Notes: a model not told the origin generated them from the sequence alone. 64,000 nt of DNA from an uncultured archaeon (GCA_902384455.1 CABMCB010000004.1:1-64000), one strand, 5' to 3'. Shown: positions 13,781-22,501, numbered from the stretch's first letter. Numbers and translations: made by a program.

Positions 13781-15093
13781 TGAAGAAACCACTCAAGGTC
13801 GTCATGCTGGACTTCACCGGCACTATCGACGTCAGCGAATACAAGTACACGCCTTCGAAGACGTCGTACTTCCCCGGCGTCAAGACGAAGGCCGAGAAGG
13901 CGGAGGAAGCCCGCTCGAAGTACCGTGGCGGGTGCAAGTACCCCACCAAGGCGGCACGGAAGGCGGCGCAGGCGGAGCGTAAGGCCGAGCGCAAAGCGGC
14001 CTTATTCCCCAAGACGACGACCGCTCTAGCTCCGACTACCGAGACTTTCGACCGGGACAAGTATCCACGTCGTGCGGCCTTGCTCGACAAGCGTCACGGC
14101 AGCATCATCAACGCCTGGGAGCCCAGCCTGAGCCGATACGTCGACAAGCGCTGGGACGCCGACCTGCAGCGGTACGTCATCATCGAGGGAACGACCCCGT
14201 CAGCCCCTCCGCGCCGCAAGACGTACCTCAAGTGGAACTACGCGCTGAACCGCAACGTCGAGAGCTACTGGGACGATGTCCAGGGTCGGTGGGTTCCGGT
14301 CGAGGAAGAGCTCATCCCGAACAAGCATCATTCCGGACTGTCCGGGGAGCCTCGGTTCCATGGTGAGCAGCCAAAGTACGTGTACGACAGCCTGACGAAC
14401 ATGTGGGTCCCCCGCGAATCTCAGGGCAGCTTCTTCGAGAACGTCGACGACGGCAGCGGTTCGTTCGAGCATCGAGAGAAGGGTGCTCTCCGTACCGGCA
14501 CTTCCCAGTACTACGGCGGAAGCAAGGCCAGCAAGCCCAGCGGAGCCAAGGACTACTTCGGCAAGCTGTACGGGATGGGCAAGGCGTTCCTCGCGTCGAC
14601 GTACTACTACGGTCCCAACAAGGAGTGCGTCAAGTTCCTCCGGAAGTTGCTGGACAAGACCGGCGCGAAAATCGTGTACTCCTCGACCCGTCGCTACGAC
14701 GGCTGGAAGAAGTGCGCGGAGTTCGTGGGCCTTCCCCTTCACTACTCCCTGGGCTACACACACCCAGCTTTCGGCGTGACCCCCGAAATCCCTTACGAGT
14801 ACAAGGGCTGGGGTGGCAAGGGTGGCTGGGGAAATCAAGGCGGCGTCGAGCCCGAAGGCCACTACGTGGAAGAGGAAGGAGCCGGGGACTACAGCTACGC
14901 TGGCTGGAAGCAGCGTGAGAAGGAAATCCGCAAGTGGTTGGATGCCTTCAAGCGCCCCCTGGCCAACTACGTCATCCTCGACGACGACCCCATCAACAGC
15001 CCCGAAATGGCCAAGCATTGGGTCCCGTCCATCAAGGCCAACGGATTCAAGGAAGCGGAATACAAGCAGGCCCTTCGAATCCTGAGCAAGTAA
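13780..15093 (+). CDS. HAD-like phosphatase with large cap insertion
   Basis: N-terminal LKVVMLDFTGTID (DxTGT), C-terminal KIVYSSTRR and YVILDDDP. C-terminus resembles the HAD protein at 4753 and the Pnk phosphatase domain. Gly-rich GWGGKGGWGNQGG. Confidence 0.5.
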   Translation: MKKPLKVVMLDFTGTIDVSEYKYTPSKTSYFPGVKTKAEKAEEARSKYRGGCKYPTKAARKAAQAERKAERKAALFPKTTTALAPTTETFDRDKYPRRAALLDKRHGSIINAWEPSLSRYVDKRWDADLQRYVIIEGTTPSAPPRRKTYLKWNYALNRNVESYWDDVQGRWVPVEEELIPNKHHSGLSGEPRFHGEQPKYVYDSLTNMWVPRESQGSFFENVDDGSGSFEHREKGALRTGTSQYYGGSKASKPSGAKDYFGKLYGMGKAFLASTYYYGPNKECVKFLRKLLDKTGAKIVYSSTRRYDGWKKCAEFVGLPLHYSLGYTHPAFGVTPEIPYEYKGWGGKGGWGNQGGVEPEGHYVEEEGAGDYSYAGWKQREKEIRKWLDAFKRPLANYVILDDDPINSPEMAKHWVPSIKANGFKEAEYKQALRILSK

Positions 15094-15332
15094 TCAATCG
15101 CCCTCCCCTGTGCAACGGGGGAGGGAAGGAGAACTGGGTACAAGGCTAACCCAGTGCCGAGTCTGGAGCGAAAACCTGTCCACGGCCACCCAGAGGCCTA
15201 ACCCTGAGGTCGCGCACTTCAGGGCGACTAGAGGGCAGTACCTAACTGTAGGGTAACTGGCACCCCAGCCTGTCTGGTCCGGGGAACATACAGTCAGATA
15301 AGCGGCTACTTTAACCGAGGAGAAAGACGACC

Positions 15333-16121
15333 TTGTCGGAAATGGCAAGCTGGTTCGAAACCGAGAAGGGATTCTTGTTCTTGACCGATGGCGACGTCAT
15401 CGCCTACAACGAGAACCGTGGGGTGCCCAAGTCGCAAATCGACTGGAACGACTATGTCGGGCACGACGGCCTCATGAAGGTGTTCGGCCTCCCCAACAAG
15501 TGGTCGCACCAGGAAGGTTTCGTCTCCATGCCCGACGTCATCCGGAAGATGCTCTTCGACGGCAAGATGGACTTCCTCTTCGCCCATGCGGGGAATCTCT
15601 CGGAAGCCACTCCGGAGTTCCTCCCCGTCTTCCAGCGCCTGGCTCCTCGTTTCCCCCACGTGAAGAACGAAATGGAGCGGAACCCCTACTTCCAGATGTT
15701 CCTGAAGAGCGGCAGGATTCCCAAGCTCATCAAGAGCCTATCCCTGCACCGGCAGATGCAGGTGGGCATCAAGCACGACTTCAAGGGCTCGACCATCGGC
15801 CAAATCCTCCGGCACCCGCATTGCGAAGAGCGGACCATGCTCTTGGCCCTCTCAACCCGGAAGACCCGCGAGTACATGAACGAGTACTCCGACCTGCACC
15901 ACTACTTCAACATCGTGCACAATCTCTCGACGACCAAGGCGGTCCTGGAGTACATCGTCAAGAACATCAAGCACTCGCGGGTGGTGTCTGCCGCCCAGAC
16001 CCGCCTTGAGGCCATGGTCCCCAAGAAGACGAAGAAGAGTACCTTGAAGTTCAAGAAGACCTCCATCAAGGCCAAGAAGTTCCGCACCGGCAGCAGGGCC
16101 ATCGTCCGAAACCTCGCCTAA
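15333..16121 (+). CDS. paralog A2 (duplicate of A1)
   Basis: TTG start at 15333 or ATG at 15342 (MSEMASWFE / MASWFE). Preceded by a 240-nt structured spacer with no sigma70 consensus. Confidence 0.6.
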   Translation: MSEMASWFETEKGFLFLTDGDVIAYNENRGVPKSQIDWNDYVGHDGLMKVFGLPNKWSHQEGFVSMPDVIRKMLFDGKMDFLFAHAGNLSEATPEFLPVFQRLAPRFPHVKNEMERNPYFQMFLKSGRIPKLIKSLSLHRQMQVGIKHDFKGSTIGQILRHPHCEERTMLLALSTRKTREYMNEYSDLHHYFNIVHNLSTTKAVLEYIVKNIKHSRVVSAAQTRLEAMVPKKTKKSTLKFKKTSIKAKKFRTGSRAIVRNLA

Positions 16122-16131
16122 GGAGGGTGTC

Positions 16132-17211
16132 GTGAAGCTCGAAGACATCGGATTCTACACCCTGAGTGACGGACGCGCCCAAAACGTGTCTGTCACTTCC
16201 CCGCTCCAGCGCTGTGAGCTCATCCTGACCGGCGCTTGCAACTTCCGTTGCGAGTATTGCCGTGGGCTGAGCCAGCATGCAAAGGGGACCCTCTCCCTCG
16301 ACCAGGCCAAGGCTGTCGTGAAGAAGTGGGCCAGCCACGGTCTGGTGAACATCCGATTCAGCGGCGGGGAGCCTACCTTGTGGCCCGGCCTCGTCGAGCT
16401 CGTGAAGTACACCAAGTCCAAGGGTGTCAAGCGGGTGGCCCTGTCCACCAACGGCTCCGCTTCCCCTGAGCTCTACAAGGAACTCTACGGAGCCGGTGTC
16501 AACGACTTCTCTGTGTCCCTGGACGCCTGCTGTGCGGCCACAGGTGATATGATGGCCGGGAAGGGTGGGATGTGGGAGCGGGTGGTCAACAACATCCAAA
16601 TGCTGTCCAAGGTCACCTACGTGACCGTGGGCGTGGTCCTGGACGAGCGGAACGTACCTGAGCTTCCCGGCATCATCCAGTTGGCGAAGGACCTAGGCGT
16701 CAGTGACATCCGAATCATTTCCACTGCCCAGGAAAACAAGCCTCTGCCCGTCGAGGATATCCAGGACGACCCTCGGTATCCGATTCTGAAGTACCGCCTC
16801 AACAACATACGGCACGGTCTGAACGTTCGTGGTCTGAAGCCGACAGACTCCAACCGATGCAGGCTGGTCCTGGACGACATGGCAATTGCCAATGGCATTC
16901 ATTTCCCCTGCATCATCTACATGCGAGAGCATGGGGCTCCTATCGGGTCCGCTGACCAGTCCATGGAAGCGATTCGGGCCGAACGCGAAAGGTGGGCTCT
17001 AACCCATGACACGCATACCGACCCCATCTGCCAAAAGAACTGCCTCGACGTCTGCATCGACTACAACAACCGATGCGCGGCGTTTGCAGCCGACCGCATT
17101 GCCCGAGGAGCTGGACCCGACTCAGTTCACCTTCGAAAGGTGGATGGCGGGGTCCATCAAGGACCTGGGAGTGCCGTGCCGGACCAAGTGGATTCTGTCG
17201 GGGTACGGTAG
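16132..17211 (+). CDS. radical SAM enzyme, MoaA/SPASM-like
   Basis: CNFRCEYC (CxxxCxxC), FSGGEPTL, ALSTNGS, C-terminal Cys cluster CQKNCLDVCIDYNNRC. GTG start after RBS AGGAGGG. The last ~40 codons look like out-of-frame sequence, so the 3' end is uncertain. Confidence 0.7.
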   Translation: MKLEDIGFYTLSDGRAQNVSVTSPLQRCELILTGACNFRCEYCRGLSQHAKGTLSLDQAKAVVKKWASHGLVNIRFSGGEPTLWPGLVELVKYTKSKGVKRVALSTNGSASPELYKELYGAGVNDFSVSLDACCAATGDMMAGKGGMWERVVNNIQMLSKVTYVTVGVVLDERNVPELPGIIQLAKDLGVSDIRIISTAQENKPLPVEDIQDDPRYPILKYRLNNIRHGLNVRGLKPTDSNRCRLVLDDMAIANGIHFPCIIYMREHGAPIGSADQSMEAIRAERERWALTHDTHTDPICQKNCLDVCIDYNNRCAAFAADRIARGAGPDSVHLRKVDGGVHQGPGSAVPDQVDSVGVR

Positions 17212-17371
17212 GGACATCCTCACCAAGGCGATTGTGGGCTGGTGTCCTGGTGAGAGCCTTATGTGCCGCCCCAAGGTCAAGCACGTGGCCGTCATGGTCA
17301 ACGTTGACGACGGTTTCTACTGGTTCCACCTTCGGGAGAACGAGTTCAAGGAATTGTATAATCAGGGTTGA
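17144..17371 (+). CDS. small protein overlapping the 3' end of the radical SAM gene (+1 frame)
   Basis: RBS GAAAGGTGG before ATG 17144; 76 aa; MAGSIKDLGVPCRTKWILSGYG... Could instead be the C-terminus of a frameshifted longer product. Confidence 0.4.
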   Translation: MAGSIKDLGVPCRTKWILSGYGRDILTKAIVGWCPGESLMCRPKVKHVAVMVNVDDGFYWFHLRENEFKELYNQG

Positions 17372-17396
17372 CAAGACCCTCTACCCATGATAAAGT
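17368..17396 (+). promoter_or_regulatory. sigma70-type promoter TTGACA-N17-TAAAGT
   Basis: The -10 ends 7 nt before ATG 17403, implying a leaderless mRNA. Confidence 0.55.
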
Positions 17397-17402
17397 GAGC
17401 AC

Positions 17403-17663
17403 ATGAAAGTCATCTACAAGTACCCCATACCCATCAAGGACATGTTCTCCCTGGAGCTCCCGAAGCACAGGAAGATTCTTTCCGTCCAGTACCAGGGAAC
17501 CACCCCGGTCATGTGGGTACTCGTGGACCCGGAAACCCCCAGGGAGAAGGTGTGGTTCGACATCTTTGGTACGGGGCATCCCATGGACCGCTGGTTCGGG
17601 GAATACATCACCACCATCCAGGACCCAGAGCACCCTCTCGTGTGGCATATCTTCGAAAGGTAG
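17403..17663 (+). CDS. hypothetical protein (86 aa)
   Basis: First ATG after the promoter; MKVIYKYPIPIKDMFSLELPKH. Confidence 0.5.
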   Translation: MKVIYKYPIPIKDMFSLELPKHRKILSVQYQGTTPVMWVLVDPETPREKVWFDIFGTGHPMDRWFGEYITTIQDPEHPLVWHIFER

Positions 17664-17694
17664 CCCATGAAACGCTTCAAAGCCTGGCTCAAGA

Positions 17695-18558
17695 ATGTGT
17701 GGTTCAAAATCTGGTACACCTGCTGAGGTACGTGTGAAACGACCCTTCGAATCCCTAACCTTTGAGGAACAGTTCTTCATCGAGGACTACCGCAGGAAGG
17801 TCCAGTCCGGGGCCTATCCCGTGCAGATGATATGCGCGGACGCCTGTGTCTTCTGGGACAACTTCCGTGAGTTCTTGGCGGCATGTAAGGATGCAGGTAT
17901 CCGGAAGATTTACTTGACCGGCCAGAACATGGACAGCCTTCAGTACCCCCGCCCCCACCTCATGTCCCTCATTCAGTATTTGAAGGACCACGGCTTCTCC
18001 ATCGGCATCAGAACGAACGGACTGCTTGCCCCCGTCCGGATTCCTGAAATCCTCGCGTGTAATGACGAAATCGGATACACCATCAACAGCTTGGACACCG
18101 AGTGTAACGTACAGACTATGGGACCGGCAGCCGCGAAACTGACGAAAGAGCATTGGGAATGGGCACTCAACTTGACCCAGTGCCGGGTGTCCACGGTTGT
18201 CCATCGGTACAACATGAACAAGGTGTTGGACCTCACAAAATTCCTTTCCGAATACCCTACGGTCGCTTACCATCAACTTCGTCGGGTGTCTACAGACCAC
18301 CGCTACCCTCAGTTCCAGGAAGACATTGAAGCCTTCGAAGAACTAGCTTTCTTCATCGAAAGAACCTATCCTATGCTCCGGGAATTCTACGGAGCCCCCA
18401 TCTACAAAATACACGGCAAAGAAGTGTCCTTGTGGCGTACCGTGGAGACGTCCATTAACAGCTTCAACTACTTCACGGACGGAACCTGGAGCAAGGAGTA
18501 TTTCGTAGTTGAGGGGTACGAGAAGGCCAGAGGGTTGACATCCCCTAAGGATGTATGA
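17695..18558 (+). CDS. radical-SAM-like / TIM-barrel protein lacking the canonical Cys triad
   Basis: GIRTNGLL (the TNG motif shared with gene 16132), CADAC. Alternative GTG start at 17734. Confidence 0.45.
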   Translation: MCGSKSGTPAEVRVKRPFESLTFEEQFFIEDYRRKVQSGAYPVQMICADACVFWDNFREFLAACKDAGIRKIYLTGQNMDSLQYPRPHLMSLIQYLKDHGFSIGIRTNGLLAPVRIPEILACNDEIGYTINSLDTECNVQTMGPAAAKLTKEHWEWALNLTQCRVSTVVHRYNMNKVLDLTKFLSEYPTVAYHQLRRVSTDHRYPQFQEDIEAFEELAFFIERTYPMLREFYGAPIYKIHGKEVSLWRTVETSINSFNYFTDGTWSKEYFVVEGYEKARGLTSPKDV

Positions 18559-18799
18559 TACCTTGGTATAGGTGGGTCAGCGTGGAAGGACACGCCTGAA
18601 AGAATGAAAGGGCCCCTCTTGCTAAGGGGACGGGCAGCGATAAGCGGAGAACGCCGCCGCCCAGGCTAGGTACCAACCCGCGAATGTGCGAGTAAACACT
18701 TAAGCGGAGGTCTTTCTGGGTCCTGTTTTACTACAGCGCCCCGTGAAACCTAGAGCCGGAATCAATCCCGGTACCCACCGACTTTTATCAGGAGTCACC

Positions 18800-19507
18800 A
18801 TGAAAACTATCCTAAAAACCCTCGTCGGCAGCCGTGCACACGGGCTCCACACCGAAAAGTCGGATTACGACTATCGGGGCGTGTTCGTCGTACCCACCTC
18901 GGAAATCCTATCCCTGGGGTACAAGGAAAAGGCCACCTCCTGGCTCGAAGGTCAGGGGGAGGACGCTACGGCCTACGAGCTCCACCATTTCCTGAACCTC
19001 GCCACCCATTCGAACCCTTCCATCCTGGAAGTCTTGGTCAGTCCGGTCGTCGAGGAAACCATCGAAGGCCGCGCCCTGCAGGAACTGTTTCCGGCCCTGT
19101 GGAATTCGAAGGACGTTCTCAATGCCTTCGGAGGCTACTCGGCCAACCAGCGCAAGAAGTTCCTCGAAGATAAGGATGGGCGTCCCTGGAAGTTCGCTGC
19201 GGCCTACGTGCGCGTCCTTCTCCTGGGCATCGAGCTCCTGAACACAGGCAAGATGAACGTGAACCTCAACGTACAGGAAGCTGCCCTGGGGAGTGCAGGC
19301 ATCAACCTGGGCAACTTTGCCGGTGGGTTGCGTGACTACATCTACTCCATCAAGACCGGAAACGGCATCAAGAAGGGCGAGGTTGTCGATTGGGCTGAGT
19401 ATCTGAGCGGCCAGCTCAAGGAAGCCTACGAGCGGAACCCCAACAAAGTGACCGATGTGGAGAGAGTCAACGACTTCCTCCTGAAGGCACGAAAGGCGAA
19501 CTGGTAA
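18800..19507 (+). CDS. nucleotidyltransferase (Pol-beta superfamily, PF10127-like)
   Basis: LVGSRAHGLHTEKSDYDYRGVFV, the GS...DxD nucleotidyltransferase signature. Start chosen at MKTILK with RBS CAGGAG. Confidence 0.6.
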   Translation: MKTILKTLVGSRAHGLHTEKSDYDYRGVFVVPTSEILSLGYKEKATSWLEGQGEDATAYELHHFLNLATHSNPSILEVLVSPVVEETIEGRALQELFPALWNSKDVLNAFGGYSANQRKKFLEDKDGRPWKFAAAYVRVLLLGIELLNTGKMNVNLNVQEAALGSAGINLGNFAGGLRDYIYSIKTGNGIKKGEVVDWAEYLSGQLKEAYERNPNKVTDVERVNDFLLKARKANW

Positions 19508-19818
19508 TGCTCTACGTCCGAATTGAGCTCTGGCCAGGGGGTGACCGGGACCGGCGTAAGGTCCTCGGTGAAATGGCCATTGCCAATGACTGCTCGGGCT
19601 CTATGGCTACGGGGAACTACAACGTCTGGCACCGGACCGACCCAAAGCCTGAGAAAATGCTGGACGACCCACAAAAGCCAGGCCAAGGGTTGTTTCTTCG
19701 GAACTGGTTTGGTAAGATGAAGCCTGCTCGGGTGGAGAACCACCCCAGGCAGGCCGTGACGGTTTGGCATTTGATTCGTAAAGCCATTGAAGCCTCCGGG
19801 TTTCGGGAGAAGTCATGA
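19507..19818 (+). CDS. hypothetical protein
   Basis: ATG overlaps the upstream TAA; 103 aa. Confidence 0.45.
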   Translation: MLYVRIELWPGGDRDRRKVLGEMAIANDCSGSMATGNYNVWHRTDPKPEKMLDDPQKPGQGLFLRNWFGKMKPARVENHPRQAVTVWHLIRKAIEASGFREKS

Positions 19819-20036
19819 AGCACCTGGCCGGTGTCTGCCCTACATGCAAGCACCACGCTCGTTTGACCAACGACCGTGAGTGGGAAAGGTCCAACAGGTA
19901 TCGTTGCGCGGGTACCACCATGAGGGACCTCGGTGACGGAAAGCAGTTTGAAGACATCTGTCTCTGCCTTGACCCCTTTCACGCAAACATTTCTGGGTGG
20001 AGACACCCTAACAAAGACATGAGGAGACAAAAATGA
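19815..20036 (+). CDS. small Cys-rich protein (CPTC...C)
   Basis: 73 aa; overlapping start and stop. Confidence 0.45.
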   Translation: MKHLAGVCPTCKHHARLTNDREWERSNRYRCAGTTMRDLGDGKQFEDICLCLDPFHANISGWRHPNKDMRRQK

Positions 20037-20386
20037 TTCCCCTGAGCATCGTCGTTGTCATCGGAGTACTGTGCTTCGCCTTCGGAGGTCTGATTGCCTA
20101 CGCTATCGCTCTCCGGGAACGTGCGCGGCTGGACCACGAAATCCTCGAAGTCGTCAAGGGCACGGACGCCGCCCTGGTCTTCGTGGGGAACTACCTGGGC
20201 CGCATGGACCGTTACATGTCCACCTTGGCCCATGACTGGGAAGAGGCAACCCGCGAGGACTTTGGAAAGGGTGCTACCAACCAACCGCCTCCGGGAGCTC
20301 CTCCAACCACAGCAGTGAACAAAGGAAAGAAGTCAGTTCCGCCTCCACCGCCTCCTCCCGACAAACCAATCACAAAAGGCCTTTAA
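20033..20386 (+). CDS. membrane-anchored protein with Pro-rich C-terminus
   Basis: TM helix IPLSIVVVIGVLCFAFGGLIAYAIAL; PPPPPPPDKP tail. Confidence 0.5.
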   Translation: MIPLSIVVVIGVLCFAFGGLIAYAIALRERARLDHEILEVVKGTDAALVFVGNYLGRMDRYMSTLAHDWEEATREDFGKGATNQPPPGAPPTTAVNKGKKSVPPPPPPPDKPITKGL

Positions 20387-20397
20387 AAAGGAAAACC

Positions 20398-20865
20398 ATG
20401 ACCCCCTACGATTCCACTATCGACACCCTAAAGCACCGTGAGCTTGTGGTGTACTACATCCACCTCATCATCGACGAGCTCATGACCCGGGCGGAGCTTC
20501 ACGACCTGTCCAAGCTATCCCCCGAAGAGAAACCCCTCTTCGACGAGTTTACCCCCAAACTGAAGGCCACGCCTTACGGGAGCCCTGAGTACCACGAGAA
20601 CGTCGCACGTCTCGGGGAGGCTCTCAAGCACCACTACGCCGTCAACCGGCACCACGTCGAGCACTTCCCTGACGGCGTCAAGGGCATGAACCTCGTAGAC
20701 CTCATCGAAATGATTTGTGACTGGAAAGCCAGCACTTACCGGCAACAGGGCGGGAACCTTCTCCGGTCCATCGACCTGAATACCGACAGGCTGCAGCATT
20801 CCGACCAGCTCGTGACCATCTTCGAAAACACCGCCAAAGAGATTCTGGAGAGAAATCCTCAATGA
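20398..20865 (+). CDS. putative HD-domain-like phosphohydrolase
   Basis: His/Asp-rich motifs ELHDLSK, HHYAVNRHHVEH, DLIEMICD. Assignment is tentative. Confidence 0.4.
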   Translation: MTPYDSTIDTLKHRELVVYYIHLIIDELMTRAELHDLSKLSPEEKPLFDEFTPKLKATPYGSPEYHENVARLGEALKHHYAVNRHHVEHFPDGVKGMNLVDLIEMICDWKASTYRQQGGNLLRSIDLNTDRLQHSDQLVTIFENTAKEILERNPQ

Positions 20866-21146
20866 AAACAGCCAGAAATGCCGTCATTGACCTGAATAGG
20901 GCCCTAAACGTCGATTCTGAGGCCATTACGGCCCTCTTCAGCATCCAGGTCCAGTGCAAGAAGGAATTAGGGGAAAAAACCCCCTTTAAATGCAAACCAA
21001 GTGCTACTACGGACGGTAGCGTAAGCTACACCATCAGTATGCTGGACCTTCTCCGTGGCATTTTCGAAGATAAGGGCATCCACTACGATATGAACGCCCG
21101 GCGACAAATCGTCGCTTTTAGGATTGACAACCCTTACGGGTTATGA
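20862..21146 (+). CDS. hypothetical protein
   Basis: 94 aa; overlapping start and stop. Confidence 0.45.
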   Translation: MKTARNAVIDLNRALNVDSEAITALFSIQVQCKKELGEKTPFKCKPSATTDGSVSYTISMLDLLRGIFEDKGIHYDMNARRQIVAFRIDNPYGL

Positions 21147-21152
21147 TACTAT
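21124..21152 (+). promoter_or_regulatory. sigma70-type promoter TTGACA-N17-TACTAT
   Basis: Preceded by TTTTAGGA; lies inside the 3' end of the previous gene. Confidence 0.6.
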
Positions 21153-21170
21153 GGTCTTGAAGGAGGAGAC

Positions 21171-21401
21171 ATGAGCAAGTTACCTTTCCCAGCACCGAAA
21201 CTTCCGAGCCTTCCGCCCATGCCGAAGGTCAGCTCGAAAGACTTCTTGGATGGGCTGGCCGTTTGCATCGTCTTGGCTGTTTTCTTGGCCTTTGTTTGTG
21301 GCGTGGCGTATGTCATCGGATGGAAAGACTTCCTGTGCATAGCCGCAGGAATCTGTGTGCTTGGCTCAATCGCTTGGGCCTGTGACAGGCTGGGTTCGTG
21401 A
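21171..21401 (+). CDS. small membrane protein (2 TM helices)
   Basis: RBS AAGGAGGAG; hydrophobic stretches. Confidence 0.55.
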   Translation: MSKLPFPAPKLPSLPPMPKVSSKDFLDGLAVCIVLAVFLAFVCGVAYVIGWKDFLCIAAGICVLGSIAWACDRLGS

Positions 21402-21751
21402 ACTGCTCCCAGTGTGGCCAACACACCGACGAGGTCTGGGTGGTCCTGTGGGCCAAGGACATGGGCAAACTCTGCCGGTCCTGTTTCGATGAAGTCAGCG
21501 CCTGTCCTCCCAAAACAAAGGAGCGGGTCCCCGAGGCCGAGAAGCAAGCCAAGCGTGTAAAAGCCTTGGAAGCTGCCCGTGTTGCAAGCGTGGCAGCCCG
21601 AAAGCAAAGAGCCGCCGACCGTGCGGCACAAAAGGCTGAGACGGAAGCCCGCAAGCGGGCCGAGAACCCCGAACGATACGACGCTCAGCTTGCCCAGCGT
21701 CGTGAATCAATCAAAAAGGCCCAGACAGCCTTACTCGCAAAAAGGAGTTGA
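21398..21751 (+). CDS. zinc-ribbon plus coiled-coil protein
   Basis: CSQCGQH...CRSC, then an Ala/Lys/Arg-rich helical tail; GTG start. Confidence 0.5.
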   Translation: MNCSQCGQHTDEVWVVLWAKDMGKLCRSCFDEVSACPPKTKERVPEAEKQAKRVKALEAARVASVAARKQRAADRAAQKAETEARKRAENPERYDAQLAQRRESIKKAQTALLAKRS

Positions 21752-21776
21752 CACCCGCCCAGTCTTGATGTACCAT
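21748..21776 (+). promoter_or_regulatory. sigma70-type promoter TTGACA-N17-TACCAT
   Basis: Overlaps the stop of the previous gene. Confidence 0.6.
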
Positions 21777-21802
21777 GTCTAAGCTAAAGGATTACGACGC
21801 TC

Positions 21803-22003
21803 ATGGCAAAGCTAAGGCTCATCTACGACATCTACCTTGTGAAGGGACCTTTCTCCGAGGAAGAGTACATCGAAACCCTGGAGTTTGGAACAACCAAGGC
21901 TCTAGCGGAGTACCTCGACAAGTTACGAGAAACAACCAAACAGGACTACGTAGGGAGAATCTCCCTGCTCCTGGTCAAGGACAAGGAAGGAGTAAAGACG
22001 TGA
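21803..22003 (+). CDS. hypothetical protein
   Basis: RBS AAGGA; 66 aa. Confidence 0.5.
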   Translation: MAKLRLIYDIYLVKGPFSEEEYIETLEFGTTKALAEYLDKLRETTKQDYVGRISLLLVKDKEGVKT

Positions 22004-22221
22004 CGAATCCCGATGAAAAGACATTCTATCTGGACCGCCTTCACATCTTCGAACGTGTGGAAGGTGGAGCCCCTCGCCGTATTTGCATCGTGGCCGGGGA
22101 AACCCTCGAAGACATGCACCAGAACGCCGAGTTCCTCCTGCAGCTCCTGAACGACTACGCCGAGAAGGAAGTCACCCCCGAAGAACTGGAGGCCGCTGCC
22201 AATGCCGACTCTCACCCCTGA
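22000..22221 (+). CDS. hypothetical protein
   Basis: GTG overlapping the upstream TGA; RBS AAGGAAGGAG; 73 aa. Confidence 0.45.
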   Translation: MTNPDEKTFYLDRLHIFERVEGGAPRRICIVAGETLEDMHQNAEFLLQLLNDYAEKEVTPEELEAAANADSHP

Positions 22222-22486
22222 GCAGGCCCGATTAGTCCGACAGACGTTCTACACCCCCTTGAAGGGAAACGGCGACCATGATATGATGCACGTGGTCCAC
22301 GACGTGGCCCGTGGCATCATCTACCGGGTCTACACCGACAACTACTTCACCAAGAACCTGGGCCAGCAGGAACTGCTGGAGAAGCTTCCCAAGGCCGGGG
22401 AGTTCACGACCACCTCGTCCGAGTTCCAAAGCGTCTTGGCGGATGCCGCCAAGCAAGGCATCCTCAACCAGCCGCTCCCAGCCTAA
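22202..22486 (+). CDS. hypothetical protein
   Basis: 94 aa. Confidence 0.45.
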   Translation: MPTLTPEQARLVRQTFYTPLKGNGDHDMMHVVHDVARGIIYRVYTDNYFTKNLGQQELLEKLPKAGEFTTTSSEFQSVLADAAKQGILNQPLPA

Positions 22487-22501
22487 ATCAAGGAGAAGAC
22501 C

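Noticed and set aside
12650-13792. 380-aa ORF on the minus strand, antisense to paralog A1. Similar long antisense ORFs lie at 14200-15018, 5956-6780, 6750-7502, 7499-7942, 10392-11117, 22232-23119 and 23565-25364, and on the plus strand at 41422-43296, 53713-54462 and 55462-56478.
   Set aside because: Their products are low-complexity and rich in Arg, Gly, Leu, Pro and Val, which is typical of reading the wrong strand of GC-rich third-position-biased genes. The opposite strand carries ORFs with recognisable domains or promoter and RBS context.
12765-20995. Identical 15-mer CCCCTTTAAATGCAA at about 12766 and about 20981.
   Set aside because: About two identical 15-mer pairs are expected by chance in 64 kb. 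The flanks are unrelated.
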